Of a stretch of 64,000 nucleotides of DNA, positions 56,175 through 64,000 are shown in pieces. A program made the position numbers and the translations under genes. This DNA comes from a virus: positions 8,802-72,801 of IMG/VR virus record IMGVR_UViG_3300030390_001111; one strand, written 5' to 3'. Position 1 is the stretch's first letter, and every line of letters starts with the position of its first letter. The notes under the pieces are model-generated. The model was not told the origin of the DNA. It made no database searches and saw only the letters and a list, made by a program, of their open reading frames with translations.

Positions 56175-57638
56175 TTATACGAAATCTATTTTAGCTTTGT
56201 TAAAAAACAATCCCCATATCGCGGCTGCTACCGCTAATGCAAGGAAGGTTGGTGGGAGCCAGCTTGTAAACAAGTCACTCCATTCATACAGCCCTGAAAA
56301 TTGTAAATAACTTTTCTCAATTCTTGCACTGAGAATAAATCCAATTAAAAAACTTACACGGCTAAACTTTAGATATTTTAGAACTACACCTACAGCACAA
56401 CAGATTGCAAACATATAATAGTCTTCAATGAGTCCTGTGTATTGTGTGCATGACCATATTAGCGATGCTAGTATTGGCCAAAAATACCATCTAAAAGGAA
56501 CGTTGGTAATCTTAACTGCATACTTGATAAACAAATAAGCAATTGGTAAGATTATAATAAGACTTGCTAGGTAACTACTCAGCAAGTGATCAAAAAACAC
56601 TCCATCTGCTAATACACTTGGAGTTCCTAGTTCTAGGCCTACATACATAAGTAAACCCATAACAATCACTTCAAATGGTGCACCTGGAATGCCAAACAAA
56701 ATGGTAGGAACATAACTGGTAGCCTTTTGAGCATTGTTGGCGCCTTCGCAACCAATGACACCTCTAACATTACCTTTTCCAATTCCATAAGCATCTTTAT
56801 CGGCATGTTTGCCTGCGGCTGCAACTGTTTGACTATATGCAAACCAATCTGCAATGTTGCCGCCAATACCTGGAATTAATCCAATAAAGCCTCCAATAAA
56901 GCCTCCTCGTAATCCATCCCATTTATATTTCCAACTGTCTTTGATACCTTGTATTAGTTGTGATTTAATTAGTGCATTGTCTAGAAAGATTTTTTCAGCT
57001 TTCATTCTGTATGCACTTAGTAGTTCTGGAAATGCTAATACGCCTGCCATAACAGGAATCATTTGTATTCCATCACCTAAGTAATCCCAACCCATTGTCC
57101 AACGTGAACTTGCTGTTTCAGGATCCATTCCAATATGTCCGACCATAAAGCCGGCAATTAATGCAATGAAGCCTCTTACCCAATACTTACTGCTAATAAA
57201 CACAACACATGTCATAGCAAATATTAGGAAAGTAAACATCTCTCGAATGCCAAAATATAACACAATCTTGGTATACCATGGTAAGAAAAGGAATACAAGT
57301 AAACCCCATATCAATCCATTTATCCAACTTGTGCTAATTGCGGCACTTAAAGCTCTTGCAGCCTCGCCACGCCGACTCATGGGAAATCCATCAATCATTG
57401 TTGCGGCGGCTCCGCCTGCCCCTGGCACATTCATAACAACACCGCAAAAGCTGTCGCCAATACTCGAAGTCACAACAATTGCTGTTGTGAATACAACTAA
57501 CATGTAGGGATCTTCAAAGTATCCAACGAATGCGTATACGGCTATTAGTCCTGTTGTAGCACCTGCTACCGGAATTAAGCCTACAAAAAATCCATAGACA
57601 ACACCCAATAACAGGACACCAATATATGTTTCCAACAT
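56175..57638 (-). CDS. tctA: tripartite tricarboxylate transporter permease (TctA family)
   Basis: GLIPVAG, NVPG, DGFPM...GEAARAL, GLIPGIG, EGANNA, FGIPG. Confidence 0.85.
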   Translation of the reverse strand: MLETYIGVLLLGVVYGFFVGLIPVAGATTGLIAVYAFVGYFEDPYMLVVFTTAIVVTSSIGDSFCGVVMNVPGAGGAAATMIDGFPMSRRGEAARALSAAISTSWINGLIWGLLVFLFLPWYTKIVLYFGIREMFTFLIFAMTCVVFISSKYWVRGFIALIAGFMVGHIGMDPETASSRWTMGWDYLGDGIQMIPVMAGVLAFPELLSAYRMKAEKIFLDNALIKSQLIQGIKDSWKYKWDGLRGGFIGGFIGLIPGIGGNIADWFAYSQTVAAAGKHADKDAYGIGKGNVRGVIGCEGANNAQKATSYVPTILFGIPGAPFEVIVMGLLMYVGLELGTPSVLADGVFFDHLLSSYLASLIIILPIAYLFIKYAVKITNVPFRWYFWPILASLIWSCTQYTGLIEDYYMFAICCAVGVVLKYLKFSRVSFLIGFILSARIEKSYLQFSGLYEWSDLFTSWLPPTFLALAVAAAIWGLFFNKAKIDFV

Positions 57639-57784
57639 ATGTGTTCCTTATTCTTCTAAAGTTTTGTGGGTATTACACTAATGAACCTGTTGCACTCGCA
57701 TGTTGGTAATTGTGTAAAGTGATAACAAAGTAATTATAAATCTATAATTATTGTTATATTTATTTATCTTCGTTTTGTATATAG

Positions 57785-58459
57785 TTACGATCTTCGCTTC
57801 AAAACAAAGTATAATCTGTTTGCATCTTGTTTAATTGTTACTACAACACAACCAAACTCTTTTGCTATATTAATAATAAACTCTGGTGTCCAATTAAAAA
57901 AGTCAATCCATTTTGCCTCAGGTGCTTCGTGTTGCTTACCCGGGTTAGCACGAAAAAACAACAAACCTTCTGGTGCTGTTAAATCAATTGCATGTGACAT
58001 TTCTCTAATGATTTTATCAGCACTACCAAAGTTAATACTACCCATACAAATTGTTACATCATATTTTATGTCTGTCCTATAATCTTCTAAACCACACTGA
58101 ACATCTGCTTTGTCATTGTATGGATCAACTCCTGTTATGTTGTTGATCTTTCCTTTGAACTCGTTGTATCCGCAACCCAAGTCTAATACAGCCTTTGGCT
58201 CTAGTGCATTGACTTCATCAATAATATCTAGTCCACTGTATTTGTATTTCTTTGTTTTAGGTTGCCATACTTGACCAAAATAAGTTGAAAGAACTTTTTC
58301 ATCAATTGCATCTACTAGATGCTGTATGCTTGGTGCTGGTCCACTTACTTCTACATCAAATTCAGATTTGATTGCTACTTTTAAGTTATGTGGGTTTGTC
58401 ATTAGACTTGGAGCATGTTTAATCATTTCCATGACTCTGTTATATATTTTTATATTCAT
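57785..58459 (-). CDS. class I SAM-dependent methyltransferase
   Basis: VLDLGCG, GVDP, YDVTICMGSINF. Confidence 0.75.
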   Translation of the reverse strand: MNIKIYNRVMEMIKHAPSLMTNPHNLKVAIKSEFDVEVSGPAPSIQHLVDAIDEKVLSTYFGQVWQPKTKKYKYSGLDIIDEVNALEPKAVLDLGCGYNEFKGKINNITGVDPYNDKADVQCGLEDYRTDIKYDVTICMGSINFGSADKIIREMSHAIDLTAPEGLLFFRANPGKQHEAPEAKWIDFFNWTPEFIINIAKEFGCVVVTIKQDANRLYFVLKRRS

Positions 58460-58494
58460 TCAGAATTATTGCCTATTTTTAAGTTTATGCGTTT

Positions 58495-58523
58495 ATTATA
58501 CTATTTCTTGTTCTGGTTGTCAA
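58495..58523 (-). promoter_or_regulatory. consensus sigma70 promoter
   Basis: TTGACA-17bp-TATAAT. Confidence 0.72.
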
Positions 58524-58737
58524 GAACTTTTTGATAAGCTTCTTCAAATCCTTCTTCGTAATCTGATACTGGTGCACCGTCACATCCATCTCGCCATAAT
58601 CGATTAAAATAACTATTTGCACATGACATCACTGTGGCTTCTGAAGTAGTCAAGTGTCCTTTCACCATCCAAAAAAGTCTATGCGCCTCTCTGTGACTAT
58701 ATTCGTTATCCTTAGAATCATCTTTAGTATTAGACAT
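58501..58737 (-). CDS. hypothetical protein
   Basis: AGGA SD, 78 aa. Confidence 0.6.
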   Translation of the reverse strand: MSNTKDDSKDNEYSHREAHRLFWMVKGHLTTSEATVMSCANSYFNRLWRDGCDGAPVSDYEEGFEEAYQKVLDNQNKK

Positions 58738-58753
58738 GTCCTATCCTTTTAGG

Positions 58754-58876
58754 TTAGTCGTAAATATATGGATCTTTCTTGGCCAGTTCTTTTAGCTTCT
58801 TTTCTAGTTTTTTCTTATGTTTACGTTCTGCTATTAATTTCTTAATTAATTTAATTGGGTTCCATTCAAATTTCAT
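58754..58876 (-). CDS. small basic protein (not in ORF track)
   Basis: MKFEWNPIKLIKKLIAERKHKKKLEKKLKELAKKDPYIYD; GGAG SD and ATGA overlap. Confidence 0.55.
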   Translation of the reverse strand: MKFEWNPIKLIKKLIAERKHKKKLEKKLKELAKKDPYIYD

Positions 58877-59583
58877 TTATCTCTCCTTATCCAAGCATAC
58901 ATTACATGCTGTGCTAATAGATTATTTCCTTTTTCTGTAAAATGACCTTGTCCGCCATCTGTAACTGTGTTTACTAATTGTTTATCGTTGCCTACTATTG
59001 TAAATAAGGGATCTAAATCTAAATACTTACAATGTGTATGTTCGTTTGCATAATCAACATACTCGTGTGTTCTAATAATATAACCTGGAATATTGTGTTG
59101 CTGTAGTTTGTTATTTACGTGACTAACACATGCTTTTGTTAGATTTAACACACTATCATTATTATCTATTTTGTCTATCCATTGCCAGTGTCGCATGTCT
59201 TGTAAATGCAACTGCTTTTGTAAATGTGTTCTATGTTTTAATCCTCTACTAAAAACAATACTGTCAATATCTAATTCATATCTTGTTATTGGCGGCCTAA
59301 ACTCACTGGCTATTCGTGTTTCATTCCATTTTACATCTTTGGTTAATTGAAATTTAGGTTCTACACTTTCTTGTAATATTACTGCGTCAAACGTATCCAA
59401 CTCTATGCTTTCAATTATGTCTACCCAATTTATATAACCTATTCCCCATCCGGTATAATAAACTATTTCTCCTGGAAGATTGTCTAACCACGCTTTATTG
59501 CTGACAAGTTCTTCATCTCCGTTACTGTTAAAAGCATAACTGCCTCTTGTGTAACTACAACCTAATATTAATAATTTAGCCAA
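58873..59583 (-). CDS. SGNH/GDSL-like hydrolase or acyltransferase
   Basis: Block I LGCSYT and terminal GHFTEKGN..LA. Confidence 0.55.
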   Translation of the reverse strand: MAKLLILGCSYTRGSYAFNSNGDEELVSNKAWLDNLPGEIVYYTGWGIGYINWVDIIESIELDTFDAVILQESVEPKFQLTKDVKWNETRIASEFRPPITRYELDIDSIVFSRGLKHRTHLQKQLHLQDMRHWQWIDKIDNNDSVLNLTKACVSHVNNKLQQHNIPGYIIRTHEYVDYANEHTHCKYLDLDPLFTIVGNDKQLVNTVTDGGQGHFTEKGNNLLAQHVMYAWIRRDK

Positions 59584-59839
59584 ATCGTCTATCGTTCGTT
59601 ATTAAATTCTCTGTCATTAATTCTTTAACAGCATATTTTATTTTTGTTTCACTTAGTTTATCTAAGACAAAATCGTGTAAGAAATATTTGTATTCATCTT
59701 GTCGCCATTGCTCTTCTAATTCGCCTGCTCGTCGAGCTTCTGATGATTTGGTATAAACTCCAACTACATATCTATGTGGAAGTTCTTCTCTGATTGGCAC
59801 TGCAACTTTGCGTTCCATCTGCACAATATACACTATCAT
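59576..59839 (-). CDS. hypothetical protein
   Basis: GGAG SD. Confidence 0.55.
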   Translation of the reverse strand: MIVYIVQMERKVAVPIREELPHRYVVGVYTKSSEARRAGELEEQWRQDEYKYFLHDFVLDKLSETKIKYAVKELMTENLITNDRRFG

Positions 59840-59842
59840 AAT

Positions 59843-61351
59843 TTATTCTCCTATTGATGAGCGTTCTTCTGTAACTACTTCTACTTTGTATTTCTCAGTC
59901 CAACGCACTGCATCTTTTTTGTTATCCACCATTGGCTCACCTTTGATGTTTAAACTAGTATTTAACAACATTGGACAACCTGTAGCTTTGTGCCACTTGT
60001 CCAATAACTTATACAAACCGGGATGTTGCTTTCGTGTAACAGTCTGCACTCGGCTTGTTCCATCTATATGAGTTATTGCTGGAAACGACTTTGGATCTTT
60101 TGTTCTTCCAACAAATTGCATAAATGGACTACTGGTTACACCCTCTGGCATATCAAAGTAATCGTGTAAACATTCTTCTTTAATAACTGGAGCAAATGGC
60201 CTAAAGGCTTGTCTTTGCTTTACTGTATTTACTAGATCTTGCATATTTTCACCTCGAGGATCAGCTAATAAGCTTCTATTACCCAATGCACGTGGTCCAA
60301 ACTCTGCACAACCGTTGGCAACACCAACCATTCCACTTTCTTGTATGACCTTTAATGCACTGTTTACCGGATAGTTACCTCTGATAGCATGTCCAAGATA
60401 TGGACTGTCAAATTCAATAAACTCTTTGGTGTAATCTAATACACAACCAACACTGCTACCTGCATCACCTGGGTTAGGCATAATCCATACGTTATTAAAG
60501 TATTTGTATGCAATACTGTTGGCTACGCAATTTAATGCACAACCTCCCATTAATACAATGTTATCACTATCTACTAATTTCTTTGTCTGCTTTACTAAAT
60601 GTTCAAATATATATTCATACACTGCTTGAGTGCCTGCGGCAATATCTGCATAGTCTTGAACACTGTTTAGTTCTGGTGCCCATTGCTTGCAACCTCTGTG
60701 TAAGTTTTGTTTAAAACGAATACGTGGACTGTTTTGATCTAATGGATAAAAGAAATCTTCAAATATCTTTTTCTTATACTTGTCTGGGTCACCTACTGCG
60801 GCCCAACCCATTAGAATATATTCATCTTCGTTTGGCTTTAGGCCAATACGCTGTGTCATTGCACTATACCATAAGCCTACGCTGTGTGGATACTTTTGAC
60901 TGAACTTACGCTTTAGTTCACGATCGTTGCCTTCCCATACTGTAAGTGTTTCAAACTCACCTATGCTATCTATTACTAATACTGCGGCATCTCGGTATGG
61001 ACTTGTAAAGTAACCTGCGGCTGCATGTGAGGCATGATGTCTACTGTTATGCCACGCTGGTGGACGTATTCCAAACTTTTGTAGTGATGAAACTGGTGAT
61101 GGCTTTGTTAATGCTGTGCTGTATTGTCCTGCACGTAGTTGACGTAAACGTTTAAGCCATTGTGTTTCATACCAATGCACATGTCTTGGTGCTCCAAACT
61201 CTAATGCTTGATCAACTATTGTTTGATTTAAATGCTTATCATTCTTTATTCCACTGCTACGTTCAGCATGGGCGGCAAACTTCAGTTCGTTGTTATCAAA
61301 CACTGCCAATGCGGCATCGTGTGCGTTTGCTGTAATTCCCCATCTAATCAT
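59843..61351 (-). CDS. carbamoyltransferase (NodU/CmcH/TobZ family)
   Basis: HDAALA, HHASHAAAG, GGCALNC, PGDAGSS, EFGPRALGNRS, FRPFAP, LNTSLN. Confidence 0.93.
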   Translation of the reverse strand: MIRWGITANAHDAALAVFDNNELKFAAHAERSSGIKNDKHLNQTIVDQALEFGAPRHVHWYETQWLKRLRQLRAGQYSTALTKPSPVSSLQKFGIRPPAWHNSRHHASHAAAGYFTSPYRDAAVLVIDSIGEFETLTVWEGNDRELKRKFSQKYPHSVGLWYSAMTQRIGLKPNEDEYILMGWAAVGDPDKYKKKIFEDFFYPLDQNSPRIRFKQNLHRGCKQWAPELNSVQDYADIAAGTQAVYEYIFEHLVKQTKKLVDSDNIVLMGGCALNCVANSIAYKYFNNVWIMPNPGDAGSSVGCVLDYTKEFIEFDSPYLGHAIRGNYPVNSALKVIQESGMVGVANGCAEFGPRALGNRSLLADPRGENMQDLVNTVKQRQAFRPFAPVIKEECLHDYFDMPEGVTSSPFMQFVGRTKDPKSFPAITHIDGTSRVQTVTRKQHPGLYKLLDKWHKATGCPMLLNTSLNIKGEPMVDNKKDAVRWTEKYKVEVVTEERSSIGE

Positions 61352-62397
61352 AATCTCTTTACTCCGCATTCTTCTACACACATATTAAATGATGCATTAT
61401 TAATTTTATTTTCTAACATCTCTGCATAGAATTCACCTGCTAATATTTCTTTTAAAGAATTCTTTTTAAGACTAAATGTTGAATCGCTTGCTAGGTTAGT
61501 AAAGTCTTTTATTGGATCAACTGTGCCACCCCATTGTTCTTCACCATACTTGGTTTGACTTGTTATACAACATGGCCATACTGTGCCGTGTGGATCAATT
61601 TGCACTCCACCTTCGCTATACCAAGGACACTGACTTTCTTTTTGTTCGTGTGATTGTTTCATTCCTTGAATACTAATATATTTGTCTACTTCGCTATTCA
61701 CTCTTTTTAATACTACATTTCTATAATCTTTTTTAGTAGGCAAATCTGTTCCAACAACATGTGTAGGATATACTATCTTACTGCCAGGATATTGCCTTTG
61801 ATAATTCTTTCTTGATACAAATCTAAAACAACCATATTCTCTTGCTAACTCTTCTGCTCTATCTATTTGATCCATGTTATAATTAAATACTGTAATTTTC
61901 CAAACACTGTTTCCACCTGCATCAGTAAATGCTCGTAAGTTTCTAATAATCTTATCATACTTTGTTTTAGCTCTATACATTGCATTAGATTCATTGTCTA
62001 TTCCATCTATACAAAATATAACTTCACCGTATTCACTATTAGGTCCGCCAAGCACTTCTGCTAATTCACTCCACCACTTGGGTGTTCTTGGTGCACCATT
62101 GGTGGATATTTTAATGTAAAGTCCTGCTCGGCGAGCAATTCTACACATTTCTATTAGGTCTGGGTGCATTACTGCATCGCCCCAATTACCATTAAAGAAT
62201 ACTGCTTTCATATTAGGCAAATCTTTGATATCTTCTTCAATGAGTTTGCGATAAACATCCATGTTGAAATGCTCTAGCTTTAGATATGGTTGAACTTCTA
62301 ATGTTTCAGGCACAAACCTTGCACAAGTTCCACAACCTGCATTACAATAGCTGGTTGCATCTATTTGCAAATAGTGTGTGTCTTCTATCCAGTTCAT
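61348..62397 (-). CDS. radical SAM protein with C-terminal SPASM/twitch domain
   Basis: CNAGCGTC, GNWGD, TNGA, IDG, CPW...IDPHGTVWPCC...CVEEC. Confidence 0.9.
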   Translation of the reverse strand: MNWIEDTHYLQIDATSYCNAGCGTCARFVPETLEVQPYLKLEHFNMDVYRKLIEEDIKDLPNMKAVFFNGNWGDAVMHPDLIEMCRIARRAGLYIKISTNGAPRTPKWWSELAEVLGGPNSEYGEVIFCIDGIDNESNAMYRAKTKYDKIIRNLRAFTDAGGNSVWKITVFNYNMDQIDRAEELAREYGCFRFVSRKNYQRQYPGSKIVYPTHVVGTDLPTKKDYRNVVLKRVNSEVDKYISIQGMKQSHEQKESQCPWYSEGGVQIDPHGTVWPCCITSQTKYGEEQWGGTVDPIKDFTNLASDSTFSLKKNSLKEILAGEFYAEMLENKINNASFNMCVEECGVKRL

Positions 62398-62840
62398 TTC
62401 TTTATTTTGCTCATAACCTTTTCATCGTCTCCACATATGCCCCATATATTTGGAATATCGTCTGGCAATGGGATATTGTGTAAATCTAACCAAATTGCAT
62501 CTTGATGCATTGCAAACTTTCCAGGGTAGCACCAAATCTTAGCTCTACTTGTTAATGTTATATCATCTTCTTGGTGGAAGAAACTATGGCAACCTAAAGT
62601 TAATAATGGTCCCATTGCGTCAAATGTTTTAGCATGACATATAACATTACTTTGCTTAATAAACTTTTCATTTACATGAATATTAGGAGCATCATGTCCT
62701 AGATACAATGCACCTCTGTATAATTGAATATCAACTTCTATATGATATCCTTTGTCTAGTGCATCTTGTAAATAATCTTCTGTATTTTCAAATGTGGGTT
62801 GAGGTCCTCGGGTGTTACCTCTGTGTGCTATGAAATTCAT
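62394..62840 (-). CDS. short GDPD-like phosphodiesterase-fold protein
   Basis: IAHRGN, ENT, EVD, LGHD, HAK. Confidence 0.65.
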   Translation of the reverse strand: MNFIAHRGNTRGPQPTFENTEDYLQDALDKGYHIEVDIQLYRGALYLGHDAPNIHVNEKFIKQSNVICHAKTFDAMGPLLTLGCHSFFHQEDDITLTSRAKIWCYPGKFAMHQDAIWLDLHNIPLPDDIPNIWGICGDDEKVMSKIKK

Positions 62841-63540
62841 TTAAATCCTCCGGTGTTCCTATACCTTGCATGCGATCAACTTCTATAGTTACTACACGCG
62901 AAACACCCCATTCATTACATTCTTTAATAGTATAATTATACACTGGACATGTATAAAATTCATTGTTGACTCTGTCGTTTGCTTTTATCATTTGTTTAGC
63001 ATTACGACAAAACTGCTTGCCATCTTTCCAATAGTAATAGCCTGTGGTGCCCCATTCACTAATAGGATCTTTTTCTGCTACACGCAATACTCGTCCTTCG
63101 CTGTCTGTTTCTGCAAAACTCCATTTAGGATCTTTCTCAGGACAATGAAACACACTGATAAATCCAGCAACAAATACACTGTTCATTAAACTTTGTGCAT
63201 GCTCGCTGTCCCACTCTGTGTGTTGATCACAGTTAGCAACCAATATGCTATCCTCGTCTGTTATAAGGTCTTCTACACTTAGTATAGTGCATGCTGTTCC
63301 TTCTGTCAAGTGATCTAATTCGTGAACATGTGCTTCTGGATACCATTTTAATATATCTTCTTTTATGTTTTGTTCTTTACGAACTATAAAGATTCTTTTT
63401 TCAAAGTCAATACCAATACAACGTTCTGCATGCACAAACATTGGAACGTCTCCTACTGGTATCATTGGTTTACTTGTAGTATAACCTGCTTGTTCGAAGC
63501 GAGTTCCGGCACCTGCCATTGGCATTATTAATGTTAACAT
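62815..63540 (-). CDS. sugar-phosphate nucleotidyltransferase
   Basis: PMAGAGTRF...KPMI, TEGTACT, NCD, AEK.PIS, NNEFY, GTPEDL. Confidence 0.85.
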   Translation of the reverse strand: MLTLIMPMAGAGTRFEQAGYTTSKPMIPVGDVPMFVHAERCIGIDFEKRIFIVRKEQNIKEDILKWYPEAHVHELDHLTEGTACTILSVEDLITDEDSILVANCDQHTEWDSEHAQSLMNSVFVAGFISVFHCPEKDPKWSFAETDSEGRVLRVAEKDPISEWGTTGYYYWKDGKQFCRNAKQMIKANDRVNNEFYTCPVYNYTIKECNEWGVSRVVTIEVDRMQGIGTPEDLNEFHSTQR

Positions 63541-63560
63541 ATGATTATTTCCTGTGTATA

Positions 63561-64000
63561 TTACGTATTTATTTTAAATAAATCTTTTATTTGAACGATT
63601 GTATCGCTTGCATTTTCTACTTCTAATACGCTACATCCTGTTGCTTTTGCACATTGTATTCCTACTGGACTATCTTCAACTATGAGAGTAGATTCTACAT
63701 TGCTGTGAGCGGCTTCAATAGCATCAAAGAATGTAGTAGGATCTGGCTTTGCAGGAAAGTCTGTTGCTGTATTAATTTTATAAAAGAATTGTTTTATTTG
63801 TAGTATTTCTAAACTACGATGCACAAACAATTCTGTGGCGTTACTGGCTACTGCTAGAGCTATTCCACTGTTGTTTAGTGCAAGCATTAAATCAAATAAG
63901 TTTACATCAAATTTTATATATTTGTCTAAATGACGCTGTGTTTCTGCTTGCTTTAATTGATTTAATTTATCACCATTAAATTCATATCCTTTTGAATGTA
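63561..64000 (-). CDS. HAD-family phosphatase (5' end outside the window)
   Basis: VASN, KPDP and VEDSPVG motifs; frame is open to the window edge. Confidence 0.85.
   Translation of the reverse strand, partial: HSKGYEFNGDKLNQLKQAETQRHLDKYIKFDVNLFDLMLALNNSGIALAVASNATELFVHRSLEILQIKQFFYKINTATDFPAKPDPTTFFDAIEAAHSNVESTLIVEDSPVGIQCAKATGCSVLEVENASDTIVQIKDLFKINT

Noticed and set aside
57640-57780. Riboswitch in the tctA leader
   Set aside because: Only an AT-rich hairpin is evident and I recognise no aptamer consensus; a covariance-model search would be needed.
1-64000. Stop-codon reassignment as in some large phages
   Set aside because: Recognisable genes are full length in code 11, TAA, TGA and TAG all end genes at tight junctions, and no suppressor tRNA is seen.
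1-64000. Cellular (bacterial) chromosome origin because of metK, prs, fdh, galE and tctA
   Set aside because: These genes are out of their normal operon context, interspersed with ORFans, T4-type rnh and late boxes on one strand, and no ribosomal or other core cellular operons appear.

Overview
This is a 64 kb, AT-rich, densely coding window read almost entirely on the minus strand with the standard genetic code. It is best explained as part of a large tailed phage genome (T4-superfamily/jumbo-like). Evidence for this is a T4-type RNase H, a putative sliding clamp, Tdk, a MazG-like enzyme, a MoxR/vWA pair, many short ORFans, consensus sigma70 promoters, T4-late-like (T/G/A)ATAAATA boxes and two CCA-encoding tRNA-Arg genes. 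No capsid, polymerase, rRNA or ribosomal protein genes are visible. A marine alphaproteobacterial-like host is suggested by the auxiliary genes, but that is inference only. Main content: (i) a 7-deazaguanine DNA-modification set (folE, queD-like, queE, dpdA/TGT-like, no queC seen) with a GT-B glycosyltransferase, GalE and a phosphoribosyltransferase interleaved in it; (ii) an expansion of tailoring enzymes (8 radical SAM/SPASM-twitch loci besides QueE, 2 amidinotransferases, 3 putative 2OG-Fe(II) oxygenases, a KdoO-like hydroxylase, a carbamoyltransferase, methyl-, glycosyl- and nucleotidyltransferases); (iii) genes that could supply those enzymes (MetK, MtnN, SufE, SufT, rubredoxin, NAD-formate dehydrogenase, Prs, pseudoazurin, TctA/TctC); (iv) a block of secreted proteins including one with about 11 tandem 22-aa Cys/Tyr repeats; (v) a repeated 40-bp promoter with a palindromic spacer, and an unusual tRNA-Arg(GCG). 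All family calls come from motif recognition by eye, not database searches. Several start codons were moved to the most plausible position.
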